A stretch of DNA of 36,560 nucleotides, taken from NCBI GenBank assembly GCA_943704425.1, contig CALSCP010000942.1, positions 1 to 36,560 on the forward strand. The letters are read 5' to 3'. Position 1 is the stretch's first letter; each line of letters opens with the position of its first letter. The position numbers were made by a program, and so were the translations under genes. The notes below the pieces were generated by a model, which had not been told where the DNA came from, searched no databases, and saw nothing but the letters and a program-made list of their open reading frames with translations. The DNA is from Ministeria vibrans ATCC 50519. Its lineage: Eukaryota; Protista; Filasterea. Shown one piece after another: positions 12,801 to 23,469 of the stretch.

Positions 12801-15800
12801 GACTCACACGAAGCGCTTTGATGAACTTGTGCAGGCGCAGACGAATCAGTCAACACACGTTGCGCGCTTCCAGCGGTACTGTGCGCGTGTTTTAGATGCC
12901 TACAAAAGGTCATTGGTCGAGGTGCAGTCGGAGGAGAAGGAGGCGGCGGCGGCGAAGGAGAAGAAGACGAAAAAGAAGAAGAATGACGTCGAGGTGGTGG
13001 TGGAAGAGCAAGAGGAGGCAGTGGCAGCAGAGGGAGTCGAGGAAGAGTTTGATTTTTCATCGGATGGCGGAGCAATGAGTGAGCTTGACGAGGAGGATGC
13101 GTCGTTGAAGAGCGGATCGAAGAAGAAGAGTGAAGCAGCCGCGGAGGAGGCGGAGCATTGCAAGAAGAGTCAGGCGGAACAACAAGACGAAGACGAGGGG
13201 GAAGAGGAACTTGCAGATGACGCAGCGGCGGATGCACGAGCTGAAAAACTCAAGGCGAAGGCGCAGGAGGGACGTGACAATGACGAACGCGTTGTGCAAC
13301 TGTCGGTCATTATGGCGGAGAGTGGTTCGCGTGAGGCTGCGCGCGCGTTTGCCGAACATGTCCAGACGAGCCTCGATTCGATTTTGGCCGAGTGGACGGT
13401 CGTGCGTGAGTTGGTCGCGACGCACGGCAAACGTGTCGAGAATTATGTGAATGTCCATCGACTCTTGCGACTCACCGAAGAGGTACACTTTTTGTATTGA
13501 TGATGAGAACTATTAATTTGAATGGAATGTCTCTCTCTTTTCTTGTGTAGGCGACGGGTTGGATTGAAGACCATTTGACGAACTTGGAGAAGGACGCGAG
13601 CAAAGCGGGTCTGGTGACGGAGTGGGGCAACACACCCGAGCTGGTGATGCATGTGCAGAAGCATGCAGCGCTGATGGACGCTATTGAGACCCAACGAGCA
13701 CAGATTGAAGGAAATGTGATGCGGGGATTGGCTGAGGCTGGGATCCATGTGGAGAGGCAGAGCACTGACACCGACACAGAGAGGGTCGAGGAGAATCAAG
13801 TGAATGTGCGAATGGCGTCGCGTGGGGAAGGGACATTGGAGCGAGTGCGTGCGTTGCCGCACTTGTGGAAACGATTGTGTGAGCGTGCTAGCGAGTTGGA
13901 TCGGCGACTGCGCGAAGCGACTGAGCTGCGCAAGCACAATGCGGGCACTGACGAACTTGAAATGTGGATTCAGCAGAAGAAACCAACGCTCGTGTCGACG
14001 GCCGTCGCCGTGGCCACCACCACCATGGCGGGCTCGACGTTGACCACGACCACGCTGAGTTTGCCGCAGGTGCAGGCGCAGCTGCGGAACCACGCAGTGG
14101 TCGAGACGGACATTGAGTGGCGTGGGGAGTCGGTAGCGGCTGCACGCGACGAGGCTCGTCGGATGGTGGCGGCAGAGCATCGCGACGCCAGTGCGATTCA
14201 CGCACGCACCGACAGCATTGTGCGCGAGTACGAAGAGATGAAGGCACTGGCTGCGGAGCGACGCGAGGCACTTGAGGGTGCTCTGGCGCTGTGTCTGTTC
14301 TTTCGCGATGTGCGCGACGAAGAGCAGTGGATTGAGGAAAAGCTTCAGTTGGCAACTGCGGTGGACACGGGTCAGGGACTCATGAGTGTGCAGAATCTGC
14401 AGAAGCAACTGCGTGTGTTGGTGGCGCAGCTTGCGGCCCACGAGCCCATGGTGCACGCGGTGGAGGAGCGACGAGCGGCGGTGCTGGCTAAGGCAACGTC
14501 GGACGCCGAACGAGAGGTGGTGGTCAGGCGACTGGACGAACTGCGTGGGTCATGGTTGCGTCTGCAAGATGCAGTGAAGGCGCGGCAGGATCTGCTGACA
14601 CAGGCCGATGCGTACTTTGCGTGGCGTGCCGAGGTGGACAAGCTGTCGCAGTGGGCAATGGAGACGCGAGCGGTGCTGGAGTCGGAGGAATACGGGGACT
14701 CGCTCTTTACGACCGGCGCGCTGCTGAAGCGGCACGCGGATTTTGAGGTTGAGTTTGCACAGCGACGACGTCAGCTGGTAGCATCGATTGGAACGGGACG
14801 CGAAATGGTGTCAACAGGACATTTTCGTGAGGATGTTATTATTGAGCAGCTGGAGCAAGTGGGTGAGGAGGTGCACTCACTGAGTGAGCTGCGTCTGTTC
14901 CGGCAGAGCCGACTGGAGGATCGTCGTGCTCTTCATGAGTTTATACGTGATGTAGATGCGCTTGAGGCATGGACGCGAGAACAGCGTGAGGCGGCGTCGG
15001 GTGCACTCAGTGGGTCTATTGGCACGAGCATTGAGGAGATTGTGCGTCAGCAGAAGAGCCAAGAAATGTTGTTGGGTGTGTTGCAGTCGAATCGGGGGCG
15101 AGTGGAGCAGATTGAACGAGACGGAGCAGCACTGGTGGAACGACTGCGCGACGACGTCGGTGAAAATGAGAATGGGGATGAGAATGAGGAGGCAAATGAA
15201 GACTCTGAGGTAGGTATGATTGAGCGGCACATGGCGCACGCGCAGTCGCTGTGGCGGTCGGCTGTGGACGCGGCCGAGTCGTACATGGCCCGGCTAAGCG
15301 AGGTCAAAGAGGAGCGCGAGCGGGTGCTGGAGCTGCAAGGGCTGTTTGCGCGCGGTGCGGCTGAGCTGAGCAACTGGTTGCAGGCGGGTGAGGAGGACTT
15401 GACCGATCCTATTGTGGTGAAGAGTGTCGCAGCCCTGGCGGAGATTCACGATGGACTCGACGACTATGTTGACGCAGTGGAGGCCAAGGAGGCGCTTTTA
15501 AACAAGCTGCGTGAGTACGATGCGAGCGTACGTGCGTCGCAACAAAGGCGAAAAGGTGAGGCAATAGCGATGGAGGAAGGACCCGACAACGACAACGACA
15601 GCGACGATGCTAGTGATGAGAGTAGTGATGTAAACCCTTTGACACGGCACACACTGGCGACGCTCGAGATGCGCTGGGAGGGAGTGCGACAACTGATGGA
15701 CGAGCGACGGGCACTGTTGGATCGTGAGCAGCGGCGCCAAGAGGACCACGAGCGACGTCGAAGCGAGTACCGTGTGGAGGCAGAGACTCTATCGCAGCTG

Positions 15801-16964
15801 TGCGCGACCATTCGTAGCGACCTGGCTGTGCCGCTGGGGTCGCTTGAGAGCCAGCGGGAGTGTGTGGAGCGCGTGATGGCGACATTACGACACCGGCGGG
15901 GTGATTTGGATCGACTGAGACGACGCTCGCTGGCGCTGGTGGGTGCTGGGGTGCACTTGGACGTGGGCGGGGCGAGTGAGCAGCAGACGGAGACGGTTGC
16001 GTCGTTGACACAGCAGTGGGTGCAGTTGGAGGAGTTGGCGGGTCGCATGGAGATCAACATTGGGAAGATGATGCGTCAGCGCGCTGCCTTGGGGGTATCG
16101 GCGAGTCAGCTGGAGGAGTACGGGCGACAGTTTGCGGCGTACGATGGGCAGCACAAGGGATATTTGGAGTACGATGAGTTTGTGGCGTTTCTCGAGGCGC
16201 TTGGAGAGAGGCCCGACGACGAATCGGCTATGGACGTGAGCGATGTGCTGTGCACGGTGGACGTGGCGGGTCTGGGGCGTGTGAGCCACGGCGACTTTGT
16301 AGCGTTTATGGTGGCGCGCGAGTTGCGAGCGGAGAATCAACCAGAGCGCATGTTGGAGGCGTTTGGGGTGCTAAGTGGCGGTGGGGTTGCACGAGCGGTG
16401 GACGTGCGGGTGCTCGAGGAGACGCTGTCTCCTGAGTTGGCCAAATTTTGTCGAGATCGCATGGACGAGGAGGGTGACGGAGGGCGTCTGAATGTGGCGG
16501 GTTTTGCCGAGGCAGTGTATGGGGGAGGGCGGACACGCGCGATGCGCGTTCAGGATGCAGTGGTGGTGCAGCGACAGAAACGGCGGGACGAGCAGCAGAC
16601 GAGCGAATGGGAGGGCGAGCGACAACGCACTCGTGTGGACGCTGAGCGACGCGCGAGTCTGGTGAGTCTGACACGGTCATCGTCGTCGTCCTTGGCGTCA
16701 CTCCCTGGTGGCCATGGTGGGCGAGCGCGAGTGTCGCGTGGCGACGGACTGGCCGAGGCGCGTCTCAAGGTGGCGCGGCGCGTGAGTGCCATTCGCCGCG
16801 ACGAGTACGTGTCCATTGCGGAGATGCGGTCGCGCCAGCTGGACCAGTGGAGCGAGCGCGAGCGGGAGTATCGGGCGGGAGTTGAAGAGCGCATGCGTTC
16901 ACGGGATTCGTCGGCGAGTTTGCGTGAGCGGACCCGGAAGAAGTTTTGGGATGTAAAGCAGTGA
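6821..16964 (+). CDS. Spectrin-superfamily protein, ~3200 aa: tandem CH domains, ~22 spectrin repeats, C-terminal EF-hand region and Arg-rich tail
   Basis: Seven exons joined in frame (e.g. 6821-6940, 7003-7428, ...8584-13482, 13551-16964). CH1 VRWANSHL..DLRDGLLL, CH2 GREALLAWAQ..SFASGEAFCTLL, repeat 1/2 LQTKLRATNRPLFVPPPGK, many spectrin W/H/L signatures, EF-hand-like FAAYDGQHKGYLEYDEF and DVAGLGRVSHGDFVAFM. Confidence 0.93.
8497..8570. repeat. Intronic (AAT)n/(TTA)n trinucleotide repeat, partly self-complementary
   Basis: aataataat... directly followed by attattatt... in a spectrin intron. Confidence 0.85.
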
Positions 16965-17259
16965 AGCGTATTTATTTAGTATTATCTAACACAGTAAACA
17001 CACCGAGTTGTCAACCGCCCGTGTTCCACACACAGAGACTGCGTTAAAGACCACAGTCAAGAGTTCTGATAGAGTTGATGGCAGAAGGCTCAAGTCTAAT
17101 AGCGGTTGAAGAAGGAACACGCTTGAATATAGCATGTTTCACTTTTTTCAGTGTATCACCGATCAATCAGATCAATCATTAATAATTATTTCAATTAAAA
17201 CTATCATTACCACTTTATTTTAATATTTTTCTTTTCTCCTTCCTTTTGCGACTTGATCT

Positions 17260-18681
17260 ATGACTCACGGCGGTGGACATCACGGCGGCGGCGGCGGCGG
17301 CGGCGGCCATAGCGGGGGCAGCCACGGCGGCGGATTTCACCACCACCACCAGCACCACCGACACCACCACCACCGCTCCAACGTGGTCGTCGTGGGTGGG
17401 GGGCCGCGCTGGGGGGCCAGGACGGCCGTGGGCGTCGGCTGCTGCGCCTGCTGCTGCTGTAGGTGCTGCTCCTGCGCCTGTGCGTCCTTCACTCTTCTTG
17501 GTCTCCTCTTCCTGACCATGTCCGTCGCTCTATGTGCCATTTTCCTTCCCACCTACGATGTCAACTACTCCATGGCCCCCTCCGAGCAGCGCTTGCTCCA
17601 TTTACCCACTGAATTCTTCGGTACAGCTTTTTGGGAAGTCACCCAACTTTTATTTTTTCTGTTTTTCCCGTTGTCGAAACTTTCCCGCTTCTGCATCTTC
17701 CTCTGCCTCTCCCTCTACGCGGTCGGCGCATGTCCCTTCTTTGCATGAGATGTAACACTCACACGCTTGCACCTCTCGGTAGAGTCCTACACCACCTCGA
17801 GCGAGGATCCGCGCACCGTCCTCTATGCGTTTGACGAGAGACCGCCGCTGACGGAGCGCCAGCACTTCCAGACGTCCTGGTCCAAGGACCTCTCTGGCGA
17901 AGAGTATCAGTACGACCAGTTCTATCTGCTTGACGGCTCGACGGTGAGCCCCGTCATTTGCGTCGACAGCTGCACGCCAACGCCCTGCACGTCCACCGTC
18001 GTCTTGTACGTCTTTGACAGCACCGACACCTTCGAGTCGTGGAAGGACTACGACGACGACACCTACTTCTACACGTCGACATATGGTTCGGGTTGCCACA
18101 CGCCCGTCGTTGAGCTTGACAACGGCAGTTCTGACTACTACTTCGTCGTGTACAACAGCCAACGATCAGTGCGCGTCAAGACGAGCGCACAGTTCAATGT
18201 CACACGCGCTCTCTACGACACATCCTCCGCCACTCAGACCTGCTCCAACGCCACACGCTGCTCCGTCACCCTTGATTTTGCCTCGAACGCAGTCGCCCTA
18301 ATCGCCTCACCGCCATCGTCCAACCCCGACACAACCACACGCGTCCGGTGGTACCCCACGTCGCGGGGCTGGTTTATCGGCGTCCTCTTCGCCTCCATTA
18401 CCGGCTTCATCCTCTTCCTCTCCCTTCTCACCTACTGCTTCTGCCGCACCAGCCACCGCCACACCACTCCTAAACCCCTCTCGGAGACCCAATCCCTTCT
18501 ACATCATCCGCCTCCGCCCCCCTTGAGCACACCTCCCGTCCCCTCCACCCTTCCTCCTCCGCCCCCAATGGGTTCCCCCACCTACCATCCCTATCCCAAC
18601 AGCAGCAACGGCAATTTTGAGCCTCCTCCCTCTTATGACTCTGTTATTCCCTCTTCTCCCAATGACTCTTCTTTTGCCTAA
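17260..18681 (+). CDS. Two-TM protein with an APD1-4-like (DUF4792/DUF4793) luminal region, Gly/His/Cys-rich N-terminus and Pro-rich C-tail with PPPSY
   Basis: Exons 17260-17620 and 17783-18681 join in frame (FF-E-SYTTS). Motifs MAPSEQRLL..TEFF, VLYAFDERPPL, FYLLDGSTV, SSDYYFVVYN, FNVTRALYD, CSNATRCSVTL resemble the plant APD ligase luminal region (recalled). TMs at LLGLLFL.. and WFIGVLF... Confidence 0.7.
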
Positions 18682-18722
18682 CTTGCGTTTGTCATCGTTC
18701 TGTATCATAAAATTTTAATTCA

Positions 18723-18757
<35 letters not shown>

Positions 18758-18768
18758 AATGAATGCGG

Positions 18769-19992
18769 TTAGTTGCGTTCCTTTCCAAGTACCAATTGCA
18801 CTCCCGCTCGCATAAAGCTCACCTGAACATGATACACAGTCAATACAACAATAGTTACACCATGGCCCAAAAATTAATGGTATGATACCTTAATGGGCAC
18901 CCCGCACTGACCAGCGATTTTGAGAGCAGCAAGGAATCCGCCTGGGGGGAGTTCATCGCAGCGGGTGCCGTTGACTTCCTCCTATGAGAGTATATGATTA
19001 AGAAAGTTGTCATTAGGGTTAGAGAGTATGAAATTGTTATTGGAGTTTGCGTGCCCCGGACACGTACAATTTTCATTCCTTTTCGCAGCAGCTGGTCTTC
19101 CGCGTGCGATCCTGATTCCACTGCAATAATGTGATGTCCGTCCATTTTTACTCCAATTTCTCCATTTGGTCCAGGAAACAGCTCAGTTTCGTGCAACAGC
19201 GCATTTCGCACAATCTCAAATCGAACGTCCAAATTGCTCTAAAACCACAAAAAAACAAAAAAAGGCGATGGTGTTAGCATACAGAGGATTTTTTCGTGGC
19301 TTAGTATACCGCTCTTCCTTCCTTGTGCCATTTCAACATCAAATGCAAAATATTCGCAACTTCCTCTAAAAAATACCATGAAAACTGAACTCTCTTTGCC
19401 TCGTTCTTGTGTAGCGGTGAGAGTCGTACGAGCAGACGGCACAGTGTCATCTAGGTCACACAGCCAGTCGGGCAGGTTCGACCCAAAGGCTTTGATAGAC
19501 ACAATCCGATCGCCCCGACGGAATCTGCATTGGGAGAGGGTGTGTCATTGCGGGAACAAAGGAAAAGAAGAAGAAGAAGAAGAAGAAGAAACAAACATTC
19601 TTCTTACCCAGCAAGAGCAGCAGCACAGGTACGCGAGGATAGATTTGACACGTAGATTCCATTCTATGTGTGCGTGTGTGAGTGAGTTTGGGAGTCAGTG
19701 TGTGCCTGTGTGTATGATCGTCATTCATTCTGTATGTGCGCGTGGTATATGTGTATGTGTGTGTGTGTGGGTGTCTTTATGGCGTGGTATATGTGCGGAG
19801 TTATTACTTTGTTTGGACCAACTTTGAGGTCTCTGACGAACAGTCCAATGACATCTTCACCTAAAACACAAAACAAACTTCAACTCTGCGTTTGCTTCGC
19901 CTTGCTGTACCTGGAGGCGGAAGGGGTACTTTTACAAGCTCTGTCTTTTTCATCTCGGCGTCAGCAACTGCGCCCAAAACAGACTAAAGCAA

Positions 19993-20051
<59 letters not shown>

Positions 20052-20336
20052 AAGAGAGAGAGAAGAGTGACAATGAAAAAGAGCAAAACAGACCAACAAC
20101 AAAATCTGTCTGTCTCTCTCACACGGTGTCTGCGTGGATCTATTGGCACCACTCCGGTAGACAGGCGTGGCGTGTGCGCTTACCTGAAGACGCGCCTGGC
20201 GTGCCTTTTCACGGCGACGCTTCATTTCTTCCTGTCGCTTGGCAACTTCTGCCGCTGTTGCTGGCGCACCTGCTGCACCTCCCCCTGCCCCGTGACTGGC
20301 CGGGGTGGGCACGGGCGGTGGAGGCGACAGTGGCAT
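18769..20336 (-). CDS. Tandem-PDZ protein, syntenin-like, about 9 short exons
   Basis: Spliced: MPLSPPPP...RLQSVLGAVADAEMKKTELVKVPLPPPGEDVIGLFVRDLKVGPNKNGIYVSNLSSRTCAAALAGFRRGDRIVSI (PDZ1) ... FPGPNGEIGVKMDGHHIIAVESGSHAEDQLLRKGMKIEEVNG (PDZ2) ...VSFMRAGVQLVLGKERN*. All junctions are GT-AG and in phase. Confidence 0.75.
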
Positions 20337-20949
20337 TGCTCCCGAAAGGTTCTTTTTCTTCCCGCGGCCGCTGAAGCAGAGACAACAATTACGACAATGC
20401 TGAGTGGTGACAATAAATAGACGCGTGCGAAAGTCCGCCAATACGCACAACGCCTCATCGCCGGACCCCCCAACACTGCTGTTCAGTAGTGTTGAGGGCG
20501 TGTGGGGGTCCATCGCGGCAAGAGAGGCTCAGGGGGAGGAGTACAGGGGGAAAACGGGCGACGGTTGAAATGTTGGATTCACTCTGAGTCTGTCGCTCCG
20601 CCAACTCCCGGTGCGCGCCTCGCTGTATGCGATGAGGGAAACAGGTTGGAAGGGGGCCAAGGCAAAAAAGGAGGCGGTAATCTACTTATTCTTACGTCTG
20701 CAATAAACAACACAAGTCAGTTCCTTCCACATCATATTCTCATCTCCTCTTACATCTGTCATATTGTGCACGCTTGTTTTCTTGTAGATAGTGAATTAGT
20801 GATGGGCTAAACAAACAGTTTAAACTGAAAAAAAAATCAAAAATTAAAATAATTATAATGGATTTGAATAACTTTTCATTACGTAATTAATAATATATTT
20901 CGGTCTCAACTCTCTCGTCTCTCTACGATATACCCAACACCCATTCTAA

Positions 20950-21446
20950 ATGTTCCGACCGATCGCAAGACTTCTCCTGCTTCTGCCTTTTGTCACATTC
21001 ACATACATTGCGCATTTCGTACAACACTCTCCCTCTTGCGCCTGACAGCCCTCCAGCCCCTCCAGCCCCGACTGACCCCTTGCTTGTAGCATTCAAACTG
21101 GATTAATGACTTTGTCGCTGCCCATCCTGAACTGCAAAGTGTTCAGGTAGACACAACACATTTGAAATGATGCCAAAACGACAAGACTCATTCTCCTCAC
21201 TCCATTCAGAGCTCGCAACTGATGGCGTACGTTGAACTTGGTCTGGTGGCGCTGATTCTGAGCAACAGTCTGCGTCGCGCCGCCTCCTTCTTCCTGATTC
21301 TCTCGCTGGCCGTGTCGCTTGTCACTGTGTACGTTCCCGTCCTTCGCGCCGCGTCCGCCAACCCCGACAAGGTCGTGTTCGCCCTCCTGGCTGCCTTCCA
21401 CGCTGCAGCCATTGGTGGTCTTGCCCTGTGCTTCGACCAGGATTAG
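20950..21446 (+). CDS. Small (~120 aa) multi-pass membrane protein, DoxX/SURF4-like topology
   Basis: Exons 20950-21018, 21090-21146 and 21210-21446 are in frame: MFRPIARLLLLLPFVTF..HPELQSVQSSQLMAYVELGLVALIL..RAASFFLILSLAVSLVTVYVP..LLAAFHAAAIGGLALCFDQD*. The family call is from topology only. Confidence 0.65.
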
Positions 21447-21494
21447 AGTCGAGTCCCTTTTTTTTGCATTGTACACACATAATAATAAACTTTA

Positions 21495-21791
21495 TTACAT
21501 TGCCCTTCGCACTTTGGCGACCACCTGAAGTATCCCGGTGAACGACGAACAGAGTCCAAGAAGCGCAATAAGTCCCGCGTTGAGTCGTTGACGGAACACA
21601 AGCGACGAGGCAAGTGGGAACTCTATGAGAGTCACAATCAACTCGTCAACAAACAACAAGAACCAACGCGCAAACTCGCCCTTTCCCTTACCAAACGCAT
21701 AATGAAGATACGCAATCCGATCGGTCTTTCCCACGAGAACATCGTGTACAACTCCCAAAACAATGCCCCACATCCACGAATGACTGATTAT
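21495..21791 (-). CDS. PEX11: Terminal exon of peroxin PEX11
   Basis: Acceptor cttttgtag at 21800-21792, then IISHSWMWGIVLGVVHDVL...IEFPLASSLVFRQRLNAGLIALLGLCSSFTGILQV..*, matching the PEX11 C-terminal pattern (W..gl.l.l..D; ln.g.vgl.G..SSl.gi). Phase 0, matching the donor at 28639. Confidence 0.8.
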   Translation of the reverse strand: MISHSWMWGIVLGVVHDVLVGKTDRIAYLHYAFGKGKGEFARWFLLFVDELIVTLIEFPLASSLVFRQRLNAGLIALLGLCSSFTGILQVVAKVRRAM

Positions 21792-21811
21792 CTACAAAAG
21801 ATGCTCAATAC

Positions 21812-21898
<87 letters not shown>

Positions 21899-21925
21899 TG
21901 TCTCTTCCTGTCTCTCTCTCTCTCT
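21812..21925. repeat. (CT)n microsatellite
   Basis: Direct reading; lies between the PEX11 last exon and the DsbA acceptor site. Confidence 0.95.
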
Positions 21926-21949
21926 CGCGCGCGATCATTGCTTGTGTAG

Positions 21950-23371
21950 GCGGCGCGCACGGGTCTCTCCGTTGACGCCTGGCCGGTGGGTCAGAAGATT
22001 CGCACGCTGTCTGCCCTCCGTCTGCTCTGCTCGCCGTCATTGGGCGCAGAGCGACGCATTGCCCTGACACACGCCCTTTTCAACGCCTACTGGCAACAAG
22101 CACGCGATATCTCGAGCGAGGACATTCTACAGACTGTGGCTGATGAGACCTTTGGCGTGGGCGTGATCGATGCGCGCCAGTTCATCGCAGCAGAGGAGTC
22201 CAAGGCGGCACTGACTGCCAACACGGACACGGCGCTGGCCGAGGGAGTCTTTGGCGTACCCTCCTTCATTGTCAACACCAACGGCACAGACAAGCAACTG
22301 TTTTGGGGCGCCGATCGTCTCCACTTTGTTGCACAGGCGCTCTCTCTCACGCGCACGGCAGTCCCTCCACGTCTCACGGGCGACCATATTTACTCCCATC
22401 CCGTTCCCGTCGACTTTTTTCACGACTTTGCCTCACCCTGGTCGTTCCTCGGCTGGATGCAAGCCAAAGAGGCCATTGCGCGCGCAGGAGGGCGTCTAGT
22501 GTCGCGACCCATCCTCCTTGGTGCGCTCTTCAAGCAGATTGGGACGCCCGACGTCCCCATGCGCTTCATGGCGCGCGCCAAGCAAGAGTACGCTATGAAG
22601 GACCTCCTCATGCATGCCAAGGTACTACGACTAGAACCATAACCATATCTTTTGACTCCTACCGCGCTCGGAAATATCTCTTGTAGAACATTGGGGGAGT
22701 GTGCAGTGCGTTTGCGTGGCCCTCCAACTTCCCACTGCGCACTGTGCTGCCACTGCGCGTGGCTCTCGTGCTTGACAACGACCCCTCAGTCATCACTGCC
22801 ATCTACACTGCCGCTTGGACTCAAGACAAAGTACACAACGAGAGAGAGAGAGAGAGGAGGGAGAAAGAAACAAAGTGATAGAGAGAGAGAGAGAGGAGGG
22901 AGAAAGAAATAAAGTGATAGAGAGATAGAGAGGGGGGAGAAAGAAACAAAGTGATAGAGAGAGAGAGAGAGAAACAAAGTGATAGAGTGATAGAGAGAGA
23001 AAGAGAGAGAGAAAGAGACATAGACAGAGAGTGACAGAGAGGAAGATTGGGAAGTCACACTGGAAAAGAAACAATTAATTATCTCTTGGTATTAGGACAT
23101 TGGTGATCCTGAGGTTCTTGCTGCTGTGCTACGCGACGCAGGTGTTTCGCGTTCAATCGACGATGTCTACGCTGCGTGTCAGACCCCTGCCATCAAAGAG
23201 GCGCTCAAGTCCAACACGACGGCTGCTGCCGACGCCGGCGCCTGTGGCGTGCCCACCTTTTGTGTCCACGACGAAACCCTCTTTGGCCAGGACCGTCTTG
23301 CCGTTGTCTGTGATCTCATCAATGGTTGGTCCGCCGATCGCGCCAATAGTGTGCCTTCATCAAAATTGTAA
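21950..23371 (+). CDS. Tandem DsbA-like 2-hydroxychromene-2-carboxylate isomerase / GST-kappa-family protein; 5' exon(s) absent
   Basis: Domain 1 end: ALAEGVFGVPSFIV..LFWGADRLHFV. Domain 2: VDFFHDFASPWSFLGW..RPILLGALFK..FPLRTVLPLR..GACGVPTFCVHDETLFGQDRL. Introns 22622-22686 and 22831-23095. Begins mid-domain at an acceptor (gtgtag, 21949). Confidence 0.85.
22840..23045. repeat. Intronic (AG)n with tandem GGGAGAAAGAAACAAAGTGATAG units
   Basis: About four unit copies in the DsbA intron. Confidence 0.9.
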
Positions 23372-23469
23372 CACAACTGACAGACAGTCTGTGAGTCTGA
23401 CTCAATCGTCATTCGTCAATTATCATTTATTCAATAATTTTCAATTTTCGACTTCAACTTCTGTTCGGA

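Noticed and set aside
8593-16964. Two separate adjacent beta- and alpha-spectrin genes, or dystrophin/spectraplakin
   Set aside because: The two ORFs are joined mid-repeat by a clean 68-nt in-phase intron, the beta-to-alpha shift occurs inside a single exon, and no WW/ZZ or plakin/GAS2 motifs are visible.
21588-21811. Plus-strand ORF as the 5' exon of the DsbA gene
   Set aside because: It has no thioredoxin-fold motif and is the antisense of the PEX11 terminal exon.
22840-23045. CRISPR-like repeat array
   Set aside because: The spacers are simple AG runs, the context is a eukaryotic intron, and there are no cas genes.
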